DNA of 64,000 nt. It comes from Phoronis australis (Eukaryota; Animalia; Phoronida). Of the stretch, positions 27,501 to 39,290 are shown in pieces. A program made the translations under genes and the position numbers. Each line of letters starts with the position of its first letter. The first letter of the stretch is position 1. A model generated the notes under the pieces. The model was not told the origin of the DNA, did no database searches, and was given only the letters and a program-made list of their open reading frames with translations. The stretch covers positions 636,141 through 700,140 of the forward strand of contig NMRA01000098.1 in assembly GCA_002633005.1 (NCBI GenBank). The letters run 5' to 3'.

Positions 27501-28684
27501 CACTCGACTATGTCAAAAGCGCAAGTGCGTGTGCAGCTATTTATTTGTGATTTGTTATCATTAATCTAAAATTGAGTTGTCAAGCCGCTTTGTTAAACCA
27601 AAGATAAAGTAGTCCTCACTGAGATCAAAACCAACGAGAAGTGTTCATTCAGCCTTACAACATTTGTGCTCCAGGAAAACAGCTTCTTCGCAACAAGCTA
27701 GCTGTATTTCCTTTCTCACGAATCACAAAGAAGGACTCCATTTTTAAATGGGAAGCTCGATCGCTAAAGACTAGTCATGGTTTGTGAGAAAGAAGCGGGA
27801 AACCAACTTGCAAAAAATGACCGCAGTGCGAAAGAAAGAAGACATTTCTTGTGAGAACATTGCACGCGAAGATAACACTCATAATAATGGAAAGGGCACC
27901 TCTTGTCTTTGAATTATAATACATTTTCCACGAGTCGGCTCACCTAGAACCGCAAGTAAAATGACGTGGGTCCGCTCAAAATAGTTCAGTACAGGGACAG
28001 TTTGTGAGGAAGGAAGCACAAGAAGTTATCAAAAGCGAAATGGTCGCTTGGTATTGCTTCTGATGTCCGATATTTGACGATAATGCCATACATTTTTCGC
28101 ATATGACAGTGTCAGTGGTTACACGTGGAGTAAAATAAAAACCAAAATAACACGCGACATCAGTAGTGGACTTAGGGTAAATGCATACAGAGCATGTATG
28201 TGGATGACGGCAGCTCACCGCCACTACCTTTTTTTCCGACATGGAACTAAATCCTATGAGTCTATTTAAAGTTGAAGTCGGTATTTCTTAGTCTTACCTT
28301 ACTACGTATAGTACTGGTGTAGCCGCTAACATCATATTCCCATTTATCGCACATCGTGAGCGACAACGAAGATTCGTTCTCGTATACCATATAACCCGAC
28401 ACAGTGCCATTTCCAACCTCCGTGTAATTTGAGTTATAATACATACACTGTCGCACAAATGCGTCACTGATGTTAACTGGCGTCAGAACACTGCCGCCAG
28501 AACTCGAATCCGTTGCATGTTTACCGGAACACCGATGCTCATGCTGTCCGCCAATAAATACCATTAACAAAGTTTGCCATCCGCACGGAATGTAACCAGA
28601 ACCAAGTATAATGAATAGAAGAATCTGATAGTTTCCAAATCCCCCGATCGTAGCGAGCAATTGATCAAAATCGAAGTTTGACAT
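12555..28684 (-). CDS. SLC22-family organic cation/anion transporter (MFS), 10 coding exons: 28684-28298, 21961-21858, 21165-21002, 19111-18943, 17916-17787, 16099-16002, 14530-14310, 14109-13928, 12969-12830, 12588-12555 (1629 nt, ~542 aa)
   Basis: Hand-spliced with GT-AG boundaries and matching phases at every junction. Family motifs: [57 protein letters not shown]....[16 protein letters not shown]. The last small exon is the least certain. Confidence 0.95.
12830..12969 (-). CDS. SLC22 exon 9
   Basis: ctgtag|[46 protein letters not shown]|gtacgt. Confidence 0.9.
13928..14109 (-). CDS. SLC22 exon 8
   Basis: tttcag|[34 protein letters not shown]...[14 protein letters not shown]|gtaag. Confidence 0.95.
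14310..14530 (-). CDS. SLC22 exon 7
   Basis: ttccag|[21 protein letters not shown]...EIPA...RFGRR...|gtaaa. Confidence 0.93.
14630..15085. repeat. CAC/CAT low-complexity tract in an SLC22 intron
   Basis: Direct reading. Confidence 0.9.
15197..15390. mobile_element. ~195-bp MITE in an SLC22 intron
   Basis: tattcacgcagtcgccatttt...gtgagc mirrored by gctcac...aaaatggcgattgcttgaata. Confidence 0.65.
16002..16099 (-). CDS. SLC22 exon 6
   Basis: tttcag|[33 protein letters not shown]|gtatgt; phases fit both neighbours. Confidence 0.88.
17787..17916 (-). CDS. SLC22 exon 5
   Basis: tttcag|[29 protein letters not shown]...YKK|gtaac; hallmark PESPRWL; absent from the ORF track. Confidence 0.93.
18943..19111 (-). 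CDS. SLC22 exon 4
   Basis: tttcag|MEIAGVKYR...[11 protein letters not shown]...SYIW|gtgag. Confidence 0.93.
19119..20368 (+). mobile_element. Helentron-associated (HINE-like) element with tandem core repeats; related truncated copy at ~13007-13640
   Basis: Starts AACAAG..caacgc..gcgttgaaatgcg in both copies; recurring aaattgccactagg and ctgccaaattttatgaaaatc subunits; 3' hairpin and GGGGGTTTAAAA end. Family assignment is inferred. Confidence 0.55.
20369..20737. other. Assembly gap (N run) in SLC22 intron 3, bordered by a GA-rich tract
   Basis: Run of N. Confidence 1.
21002..21165 (-). CDS. SLC22 exon 3
   Basis: ttctag|[14 protein letters not shown]...LRFLAG...SFVL|gtaag. Confidence 0.93.
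21858..21961 (-). CDS. SLC22 exon 2
   Basis: tttttcag|[34 protein letters not shown]|gtaagt; absent from the ORF track. Confidence 0.93.
24362..24420. repeat. (GT)n/(GCGT)n microsatellite
   Basis: Direct reading. Confidence 0.9.
24631..25060. mobile_element. Palindromic MITE built of ~21-bp subrepeats
   Basis: CAGGG...CCCTG ends; gaatcatgcatacgaacccat repeats on the left arm are mirrored on the right. Confidence 0.7.
26050..26950 (+). repeat. Dispersed repeat also present at ~51540-52500
   Basis: Shared ttttcaatccagttgtc, atgaatattg.tattttccagagtccac and atctgcaaatttcg blocks. Confidence 0.7.
28298..28684 (-). CDS. SLC22 exon 1 (start, TM1, Cys-containing extracellular loop)
   Basis: [20 protein letters not shown]...HRC...C...[15 protein letters not shown] followed by GTAAGA donor, phase 0. 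Confidence 0.95.
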
Positions 28685-28989
28685 GTTTTTCTTAATTCAG
28701 CAGAGAAAATCACAAGAGACGTGAACCAAATGCGGGCTGTTCGAAAGTGTAGAGCTATAAATCTGACAAGTCGCCTAATAAACCGGTTTACTGTTGACCA
28801 GGCAAAATGTTTCAGCGAGGTCATTGATCAGTTGAGACGACGTTTGTTCATTCACCAGACAAATACATGTACTCGTGTAAGGTGGTTGAGCAACGTTTCA
28901 CTAAAGAAATTATTTTCACTGTCACAGTAGTAGGCAACACTCAGCCTCTCAGCAGGCTGGCTAGGGGCTACAATACTCACCATTGCTTT

Positions 28990-29609
28990 CTGTACTAGTC
29001 TCCTGGGTTACAAGTCTTCTGGAAAATTTGGCTGGGTCTGCTGGGAATCTTCCCAGAAGTTCCTTTGAAATTTGCATTCTGCTCATTTTCTGATCCTGAG
29101 TTAACATTCTTGGCACCCATCGTGCACTCAGCTTACTCATGCCCACATCTTCACTCAAAATTTTAAAGACGGACCCATATTGCTGATGCCAACAGTGTTT
29201 TCCAAATGTTGAACAGTCATTCGCCTGTCTTTCATAACCATCGAACGAATGAATTTTCTGCACATTTTCACTGGAGGTCATAATTAGGGACGTCCTGGAC
29301 GAGGGTCATCTTCAACGCTCTCTACCCCTCTTGAAACAAGCTGACCACTTTTTTTACGGTGGCGTAGCTCGGGTTTCATTCCTTTTTTACCCAAAATACT
29401 TGACGGCTCTCGTCTCCGTTATCTCCATGCTGCTAAATGTGTTATCGTCTGTTTTTTGAAGCACCGCCACTTAGCGGCAGTTGACCGTACTAATTCAGCA
29501 TGAACGCAGTAACTGTTTTAAAAGATGAAACTTTACTGTGATGAGAAAAAATTTAACATGCGTCCCTGTTTTCTTGGTGAGGCCGAGAACTTATTGAACG
29601 AGCCTCGTA
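28990..29609 (-). mobile_element. Mariner transposon 5' remnant
   Basis: 5' TIR TACGAGGCTCGTTCAATAAGTTC; DDPRPGRP and KLSARWVPRMLT (WVP motif); truncated before the full DDD domain. Confidence 0.88.
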
Positions 29610-29964
29610 CATACCCTCTATGAAGCATGTCTACGGCGACTTTGGCGAAGATTTCCAACTCACATTTTTTGGTCGTCGTTAACTTTTTTAGCGCTCACGA
29701 ACACCAAAAAGTAGTTCAATTGACGTCACCAGAGACCCTAGAGGGGGGAGACGAACCACCGAGCGAAATCCCATTGGACGGCCCGTAGCGGACATTGTTG
29801 TTTCATGGACCGTAGAGACGTATAGCGGGCGTGTGTGCAATAAACAAATATGGCAACATATGATGGCTCTAGTCGGTAAAAACGCAATGGTGATTTTTGC
29901 AATGCCTGCGGCTGCAGTAACAGTTAGTCGAAAATTCGTCACTTATGCTTTTTTTGCTTCCCCA

Positions 29965-32900
29965 CAGCACCCCGGCCAACCCGCGATCGAGAACGTCCGA
30001 AAAGCGATCGAGAACGAAATTTGGCGCTAGAAGCGAAGCCAGGCAAGGTGAGTAAATGTGATGAATTTTCGTTGTTTTTACTTCCAATGTGAAAACAGAG
30101 ACATGACTTCAAGGCGTAACACATTTAGGAAGGGCAGGTAGAGGTTTAGCCTAGTGTCTCTCCCAATTATTTGAGAAAAGTTACGTTGACCGAGGCATCG
30201 CTTAAGCCGAAGGTAATTTGTATGTCATTTTGGCAAATTGCCGTTATTTTTGGCACTAAATCAATAAACTGACCATGGAGTTATGAAGAAATGACGTGTG
30301 AAAATATAACGCAACGCTTGTTTTTTGTAGTTTTATCAGAATCTCTGATTTTTTGACGCTTTTCTGTTGAAAGATGCGATCGAGAACGCAACGATTAGCG
30401 ACAGGGAACACATATTTGTGTCTGTTTACGCGATCGGGAACGCATTGTGGTGTGTCGAACAGTAACGAACTTTTTACTTATAAAACGTGAAAAAGGTTAC
30501 AAAATAAGTGTGGTGCAATGAATTAATCACATTTTGTGTCGTTAGTGTGTTACTTTCGTATCAAAACTGAACAACAACATAGCATATTTCCATTAAATTG
30601 CCATGTACATCAAGCATAATTTTAGTTTCACAAACGAATTTATTCTCATTTCAGGAAACAAGTTCACTGTTATTGTGAGGCGAGCTTCAACGAACATATT
30701 ACCCACGACGTGAAGGTACACCCGACTAGGGTTTTGAAAAGTAGGCCTACAGACCAAGCATCTACTTTTAGAACAAATCACTGAGAACAAGGGTTTCTAA
30801 ACTGAAGACTCACCCAGGAGTTGTTCCATGTGGCCTGTCAGCCAGGGGTGAACAAATTGTTGCAGCACCGAGATGAAAGCGAGTGTAGAAAATTCTTGTA
30901 AAATTGTGACAGCAAAAGGAAAAAAAAAACAAATAGCTAGTGAAGTCAAAGAAACATCGATACAGAGATGAACAGATTGACTTGTGGCACCGTGTGGCTT
31001 GTATGTACGTTGTGTTTGACTCTTCTGTTTTGTAGTCTTGGTCCGAAGTTCACTTGCATCATCAGTTCATGATCTCGAGTTTAATGTGACATTGAAAAAG
31101 ATTGAGAGTTGTAATACACATACTATATTGTGATTTTCTCAAAACGTAGTCAACATATGTTGTCATTAGCGTCACTTCAACTATTGTACACAATAGTGAT
31201 TTACACAGAAAATCAACAATATTATAGCATTTTGTTGATGAACAAGCAGTGAAAGGCATTCTGTTCGGTTAGGAACGTTGAATGCGCAACGCAGTGCGAG
31301 AACGCGGTCCAAGGATAATACTAGTCTGAAGGAGGATAATAGTTTTATTACATACTCTTCTACTGATACTACTGAGTCTGTTACAATCCATGCGATCATT
31401 CACTTATATAGTAACATACATGAATCATAACAGGATATACTGAACAAACATGTTTACTACAATTTCTCATACTGGGGGTGTATTACGTAACACTTAATTC
31501 TCTGAACTACTCCTTCACATGCACTCACTCAGATATGAGATCATACTCTAACACATTTCTCATTAATCTTTTATCACACGTACCTCAAAATTGGTCTTAC
31601 AGAAATATATAAATTTATTTATATAGGGAAATCAACAAAACAAATCCATTGAACATTTGCAACGAATTAATTTTGGAATGTATTAGACTAAATCATCTCT
31701 GAATCATAGACAATGTATTTAGGACTGATTGATAGTATAATAGTTTCTTACAGGAAATCAACAACAATATGAAATTAATTTCTACAATAATCATAGACAT
31801 ATATTTTCATTTAAAATACTCATTGGTCAGAACAATTGTATGTAAGTATTGCCCAATGACACTTAGTATGGCCGTTTAAATCTACCTAAACACTGTTAAA
31901 GATCCTTTTGAAATAACACAAATATGGAAAGAAACTTGAGGAAAAATAGTTCAAAACAAAACGTCAAAATACAATCAGATCAGACAACTACCAACCACAG
32001 ACTTTGTAAATCTGAATAAATTATAGTGACTTAACAACCTTCAGTACTGGACTTAATGATTTCATTCATGACGTTTCTGCTTGCTATGCCTGTAGAAGGA
32101 GGCATACTGTTCATGCATGGCATGCCACATTCACCACAAAAAGGAGTGTCCTCGAGCTGTGACGCAGTGTCGCATCAGGCTTACTCTTTTCGTGAAACGT
32201 TGATCAAAGATAGGACGCTGAATCGACCTAGTTCCTAAGCACGATGCTTTATGCTGTGTTTTACTATATTGGCAAAAAACTCTTGACCCATGCAATGCGT
32301 CAATCACAGCGCTGGTAAAGGTCTTGATTTGTTGTAGTGTCACTGTATTTTATTGCCACGTGGTCATACTAAGTCGATTTCTTAGTTCCTGAACGAGACT
32401 CCACAACACACACACACACACTCCGTTATGACATGCAGCAGTTGTACAATCTTTGGTTGTACTACTCTTTTTTGAAGGCGTGGGCGTTAACACCCTGAAG
32501 GACTCGTCGTGTGGCTACAATTCAACTGAAAAAAATCAAAAGCATTCAGTTATGTTTGTTAGGCTAAATCTCACTTAGATATAATGAAAAAACGATGAAA
32601 TGTAATTAATAATTAACCCATCAACTAATTCACGGGGTCCGTATTATTCTAAAATTACTGACATAATACCGTAGCTTTAACGACTATTCAGGCCAATGCA
32701 GAGGAAAAATGTACGTTCATGATCGCTTTTTGCGTTCACGATCGCCATAGAGAATTAACGACATCGTTCCCGATCGCCGTCTCACACGATACCTGCTTGT
32801 ATTGGTAAATATCTCAAATTGTTTCACAAATCTTAACTAACAAAGGTGTCACCAGGGACGATAAAACTAAAAACGTCCCACGTCTCTTCATAAGAACCCT

Positions 32901-33210
32901 GGAATTGCTAATAACAAGTAGAAATTGTCGATTTTACGAGGCGCAAGGCATTTTACCGAAAGCCATTGCTTTCTGAGCTCTTTATTTTGAAAAATAAGTG
33001 AAAGCCAAGTATTATTTCATATCCACAACAAAGGTTACACTCTGACGCTTTTCTGTGTGTAACAATCGTACCAAAGTGGCCTCTATATAAGCAGAAAATG
33101 ACACTTAAACTTACCGGGTACGTGACTGTCGTCTGCCATTTTTGGCGCAAGGTCTCGTTCTCAATCGTCTTCCGGGCGCACTCGATCGCGGGTTGGCCGG
33201 GGAGCCACTG
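29965..33210. mobile_element. 3.2-kb TIR element with subterminal GCGATCGAGAACG repeats
   Basis: CCCCGGCCAACCCGCGATCGAG at ~29970 and its reverse complement at ~33181-33202; motif repeats point inward from both ends. Confidence 0.8.
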
Positions 33211-35052
33211 ACAGATTATGATACACTGTAGATGATGTTCACGATTGAAATAACGGATGTTTTTGCGTGAAACTGTTGCCAGTCAACCAGTGAATGAGTG
33301 GGTGATTTGAACTTAATGTCTTTAGTGTTCCCTGCATTTGATCGCTTATACAGAAAAACATCGTAAATTGTTTGCATGAGTTTTGGAACTACTGATAAGT
33401 TTATTCTATGCCCATTGCTTTCTTTCATTTCTATGCAGTCCTAATACATTCAAATCTAAAAAATAATTTACTATTTAATTGCTAATTTTAATATTGCTGC
33501 ATTATCAAATGTTTGTTTTTATCTATTGTTTATTCTTCGTTTATTATTATTTATTTATCTTTATATATTTATTTATTTATTCATTGTTTTTATTTATCCG
33601 CTGTTACTTATTTAAATTATTACCTGTGATCCCATACAGTCAACCTTCTAGCTGTCGTTGGTCAATAATCTATATCATATGATCATGGTATGGACTTCAG
33701 TGCATAATAAATATTAACAGTATGGTTTGGTAACCTGTTTGATAATTTTCAATAGGAAGTGTCTAAGGCAATGCTCTTTAAAAGCATATTGAGCCTTACA
33801 TCGGTGGCTACTTCGTTAGTATGTGTATCACCTTGGAAACCCCGTTACACTCAGTGACGATATGGTTTGTTTTGACACGGGTCTTAGAACATCAAGTCAG
33901 AAAAAAGGTGTCCATGTTATTTACTTTGAAGTTGGCCACTTTTACCTGCTGATGTCTGCTCAATATTCTTTGGACATCATCAGCGTAATTATTTACAAAA
34001 GACAACAAGTGTCAACATACAGCTCTAAAAACACAATGCCTGTTGTTTTTCTCTGAGGTGTGATGTTCTTTCAGCCTGTCTCAGAGGCGCTTCTGTATGA
34101 GTCCGATATAGAATTCCTTACAGTTGTCACATTCAACCTTATAAGCAACATTGCTATTGTTCAATAAAGGGATGGGTGACTTCAGTTTATACAGTATATT
34201 GGAAAGTTTCCAAAGAGGTTTGAAAACAACTATCAGTTCAACTGTTGGGTCTATGCATGAATGAGGCGAGATAATTGACGTTTCAATTTTATACTACTTG
34301 GCCCGGTGTAACCAAGATAAAAGAAAACTTTCTTTATCTCGGGTCCAATAACAGCTACTTTATCTGCCTCATTCATTTTTGAAAGGAAGTGCCTTTTACA
34401 GCTATTTAAAAAATTCTGAGGGCAATCATTGGCACGCAATAACTGGAAAATCCTAGCTACGTCACTATCAAAATTTAAATTTGTGGAACGCATTCTCCAG
34501 GCACGGTGTAATCAGCAATTGACTAGACCTCTCTTTTATTAGATCGGCACAAAACTATCAAATTTAAGATAAAGCCAGAAAAACTGGGCTTACGATACAT
34601 AGATGTAGCAATGGTGCTATTCTCACGTTTAACCAAGACATCTACAAAAGGTAAACATGTCTCGTCAGTCCTCAGATTCACTGGACAGGTGAAGTTGATG
34701 GACGGATGCATATTGTTCATGTCATTGAAATAGGTGTTGATCAAGTTCTTGGATGAAAACATAACAAAGTATTGTCAACATACCTACGATAAAAATGTGG
34801 TTTGCAATCCGGTGGACAACCAGCCAGAGCCTCAGTCTCAAGATTGTACATGGAAATATTAGCTAACACTGGTCCCAGGGGTGAACCCATGGCCATTCCG
34901 TCAGTCTGGTCGTAAAAGTTATCATCAAACAGAAAAGGGTCCTGTTTAACTGCGATCGTGAGTAACTTTCGTAATTGGTTGCGAGTCAAAGTTTAAGGAC
35001 CTTATCAGTATCAATGTACAGTTTGTTAAGACACAATTCAAAGACTTCATCC

Positions 35053-36066
35053 CAGTGGCGGATCTAGGATATCACAAGGGGGGGCCCAACATTTTGTCCG
35101 TCTGTAAACATTTGCGCAAACTGAACCACGATTGTAGATGCGCATAGCACCGAATGGGGGGAGGTCGGGAGGGGCGTTTGCCCCCCTCCCGCCCAGGAAA
35201 TTTTTCTGTTTTGACCTCTAAATATCAAGTATTTTCCTTGATTCCTGAAGTATTAACCAAGAAAAAAAGGCAAAAATAAAACACGGAGAACGTGTCAAAC
35301 AGGAAAAACTGCAAGTACCAAAGACTCGAACTCACAACCTTGTGCATAGAGTGCGCGTGCGTTACCACTACACCACCACGACTTAACTACCAAACTCAAA
35401 TTAAGAGACCTACTTGTTTATGGTCCACAGCGTTTGCGCGCGAAACCTACTTGTTTTTGTAATGCTTATTACACGTTTTGTGCCATCAATTCTTAACAAA
35501 TTTGTCGTATTTAAAATAGTCTTAAAATGCCCAAAAGACCAAATCCGTTTTTCGTGTTGGCAATAATGACCGGGGATTGCTTTGGAAATCGTCTTAACAT
35601 AAGGTTTGACAAAGAGAGTATTGCGAGTTTCTGAGTGATTCACTAAGGCTTCTATTAAAATTCCCATCTTACCAGCAGCTTCTGTTTTTTTATCGTCACT
35701 CAGGTTCCATTTTCTTTAAAAAATGAAGTAAATTTTCTTCATTGCACAGTGGAGCAGACGACGGAAACTGAGTCGTAGTGCGCAGCGCCACTGCCGGTCG
35801 CCTGGGATATCGCGGGAGAGCCTATACTTAGCCATAGTTCGTTACGAATGCGCCGTGTTCCGAATTTGGCACTTGAAATTGGATTTGAGCCCCCCCCCAA
35901 CACTAAAACTGCACACATTTAAATCTTTTTTCATCCGTATACTTTTAATTACCGGGGTTAATTAATAAACTCAACATTTCCCTACGCTCTTACTGTTTTA
36001 TTTTTTTTGCGGCAGCCAAGGGGGGGGGGGCCGGGCCCCCTGGCCTCCCCCCTAAATCCGCCTATG
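35053..36066. mobile_element. 1-kb non-autonomous DNA element (CAGTGGCGGAT family) inserted in the PLE RT, 5-bp TSD CATCC
   Basis: CATCC at 35048-35052 and 36067-36071; removing the insert restores the RT peptide NVPVDEV. Confidence 0.88.
35315..35392 (-). pseudogene. tRNA-derived sequence inside the MITE
   Basis: Minus strand reads GTCGTGGTGGTGTAGTGGTAAC...GTGAGTTCGAGTC (A and B boxes). Confidence 0.55.
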
Positions 36067-37054
36067 CATCCACAGGTACATTAGTAAAGAGGCTGCAAAC
36101 ATCTAGACTACACATAAAGGATACATCACTAAGTGCCCGGACTTCATTAACAAGCTGAGAAGAATCTTTAAGTGTGTAGTTATTCTCACTGATAGGTCTG
36201 AGAATTTTAACTAGGAATTTGGCAAGCTCATGAGTGTGTGTTCCCACACAGGACACAATAGGTCGCAGTGGTACACCATCCTTGTGTGTCGGTATAGACG
36301 TGCTAGCTGTGACCTGCATGGTCCTATGCGATTGTAAGTGTCCTGGGCTAATGCACCTGTCCGTTTAAGATTATATAAACACTTCTGTAGGTGTTGTTCG
36401 CGCTTAACTGTCGGGTCATGATCGAGCTTGACGAATTTAGAACTGTCCTTGGCGATGCCATGTAGCTTAGAGAGGCGGTCAGTCTTATCCATGATCACAA
36501 TACCGTTACCTTTGTCAGGAGGCGCGATGGTGATGTTTTGACGTTGTGACCGGGAAGGCAAAGCCTAGTACTCATCCAGTGTGAGATTCTGAAGTTGGTT
36601 ACTGTTCTAACCATAGATGTAGCGACAACAACATGTTCCACCAATATAAATTTTGATAGTGACGTAGCTAGGATTTTACGGTTATTGCGTGCCAATGGTT
36701 ACCCTCTGAATTTTTGGAATACCTGTAAAAGGCACTTCCTTTCAAAAATGAATGAGGCAGGTAAAGTAGCTGTTATTGGACCCGAGAAAAAGAAAATTCT
36801 CTTTTCTCTTGGTTACACCGTCCAAACTTGAAACGTCAATTATCTCGCCTTATTCATTGCATAGACCCACCCGTTTAACTGATAGTTGTTTTCAAACCTC
36901 TAGTTGGAAGCTTTCCAACATGCTGTGTAAACTGAAGTAACCCATCCCTTTAGTAGCAATGTTGTTTATAAGGTTGAATGTGACAACTGTGAGGAATTCT
37001 ACATCGGACTAACACAGAGACGCCTCTGTGACAGGCTGAAAGAACACCTCAGAG

Positions 37055-39290
37055 AACACGAGAGAAAAATTTCACTGAATTAAAATATCGTTTTTATGGA
37101 AATTATGCGTCTTACTTTTCATATCGTATAAATGTCGGTGCAATGCACTTTGCTGAATATGCAATTGTTGCGCGTGCTCATTTAAGTATTCTATTTTCAC
37201 GTTGGAAGACGTCAGCCGCTGAGTGGTGTAGTGGTAAAGTCGCCGACTCGAAACTCTTGACGCCCGGGTTCGAATCCCGCCAAAATGATATCTCACTAGT
37301 GAGATAACTTTATGGGTTATTACACGGTTGTATCTGTCATTCAAGGCTAATATTGTGGTATAAATATAGATTATTACACGGCGAAGTCGTTATCCCCCGT
37401 TATCTAGAGCCCCAGTGGATTTTGGAGAATTATCGCCCGAGGGGCGTTAGCCCCGAGGGTGATAATTCTACAAAATCCACGAGGGCTCTAGATAAGGGGG
37501 ATAACGACTGAGAACATGCAATAATCTATTAATAGCACATACTGAACGAGAAACATTGCAATGAATCGATCTACCTTTCTCGACTCGTCTCGGCTTTGTA
37601 ACTACTTTCTATGTCAGAGGCCCGGGGTCGGAGGTAGTGGCCTTTTAAGAAAATCCGAGACATTTTTGTAAAATAATGCTTTTACTCAAAACCAATTGAA
37701 AAATAAAACAAAATAGAAATAAAGTGAATTTATGAATTAAGGTTTAGCAACTGTTATAGCTTACTACACATTTTATCACGCTAAGCTTCGACCGGGAATA
37801 GTCTGCTAAAGTAGGTTACCACTAGTAACTGACTATAATGCTCAACTCAAAGGATCCCGACCACACGACACCTGCATTCAAATTGGAGATCAGTGATTTA
37901 CAAGTGGGAGAACATGAGAGAAAAATTTCACTGAATTAAAATATCGTTTTTATGGAAATTATGCGTCTTATTTTTCATAGCGTATAATTGTCGGTGCAAT
38001 GCACTTTGCAGAACATGTAATTGTTGCGCATGCTCATTTAAGTATTCTATTTTTACGTTCGATGATGTCAGCCGCTGAGTGGTGTAGTGGTTAAGTCGGC
38101 GACTGGCAACTGTTGAGGCCCGGGTTCGAATCCGGCCTCGGTTTCCCGCCAAAATGTTATCTCACTAGTTATCACACGGTTGTATCTGCCATTCGAGACT
38201 AATATTGTGGTATAAATATACTTATACCACAATATTAGCTGATCGCCGACTTTACCACTACACCACGCAGCGACTGACGTCATCAAGAGTGAAAATAGAA
38301 TACTTAAATGAGCACGCGCAATAATCGCACGTTCAACAAACCGCATTGTACTGTACTTATACGCTATGAAAAATAAGACACATAATTTCCATAAAAACGA
38401 TATCTTAATTCGGTGAAATTTTTCTCTCATGTCCTCTTACTTGTAAATCGCCGATCTCTAGTTTGAATGCGGGTATCGTGTCGACTTCGACTTCGCCATG
38501 TAATAATCTATATTTATACCACAATATTAGCGTCAAATGGCAGATAAGGGGGATAACGGCTGAGAACATGTAATAATCTATTTATACCACATACTAAACG
38601 AGAAACATTGCAATGAATCGATTTATCTTTTCTGACTCTCCACGGCTTTGTAACTACTTTCTATGTCAGAGGCCCGGGGTCGGAGGTCGCGACCTTTTAA
38701 GAAAAGCCCGGCTATTTTTGTCAAATAATGTTTTTACTCAAAACCAATTGAAAACTTAAATATTATAGAAATAAATTGAATTTATAAATTAAGGTTTACC
38801 AACTATTATAGCTTAAAACACGTTTTTTCACGCTAAGCTTCGACCGGGAAATCATCGTCTGCTAAAGTAGGTTACCACTGGTAACTGAATATAATTCTCA
38901 AGTCAAAGATCCTGACGACACGATACCCGCATTCAAACTAGAGATCGGTGATTTACAAGTAAGAGGACATGAGAGAAAAATTTCACAGAATGAAGATATC
39001 ATTTTTATGGAAATTATGTGTCTTAGTTTTCGTAGCGTATAAGTACAGTACAATGCGGTTTGTTGAACGTGTGATTATTGCGCGTGCTCAGTTAAGTATT
39101 CTATTTTCACTCTTGATGATGTCAGTCGCTGCGTGGTGTAGTGGTAAAGTCGGCGACCAGCAATATTAGGGTCCCGGGTTCGACCCCGTCCTCGGTTTCC
39201 CGCCAAATCGTTATCTCACTAGTGAGATAACTTTATGGGTTATTACACGGTTGTATCTGCCATTTGAGGCTAATATTGTGGTATAAAACC
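37055..39290. repeat. Array of ~750-bp tRNA-like-containing repeat units (direct and inverted) with long palindromes
   Basis: Units ~37490-38220 and ~38540-39290, partial 37055-37370, inverted 38222-38500; hairpin 37385-37509; diverged copy at ~325-660. Confidence 0.85.
38074..38143 (+). pseudogene. tRNA-like sequence inside a repeat unit (other copies ~37218-37281, ~39128-39197)
   Basis: A-box TGGTGTAGTGG, B-box GGTTCGAATCC, acceptor-like GCTGAG/CTCGGT; anticodon stem poorly paired. Confidence 0.65.

Larger units (their letters stand above)
33970..37050 (-). mobile_element. Penelope-like retroelement (degenerate RT + GIY-YIG), split by a MITE at 35053-36066, with an inverted thumb/EN segment at ~36630-37050
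   Basis: DKGNGIVIMD, HKDGVPLRPIVS, SLDVCSLFTNVPVD, GMAMGSPLGPVLANI, YRRYVDN; multiple frameshifts; same family as the 5725-7165 copy. Confidence 0.92.

Noticed and set aside
30906-32432. Possible solo LTR (TGTGAC...ATGACA) inside the 3.2-kb element
   Set aside because: No TSD and no internal retroelement sequence
37218-39197. Functional tRNA gene cluster
   Set aside because: Anticodon stems do not pair, triplets differ between copies, and the units are embedded in a dispersed repeat
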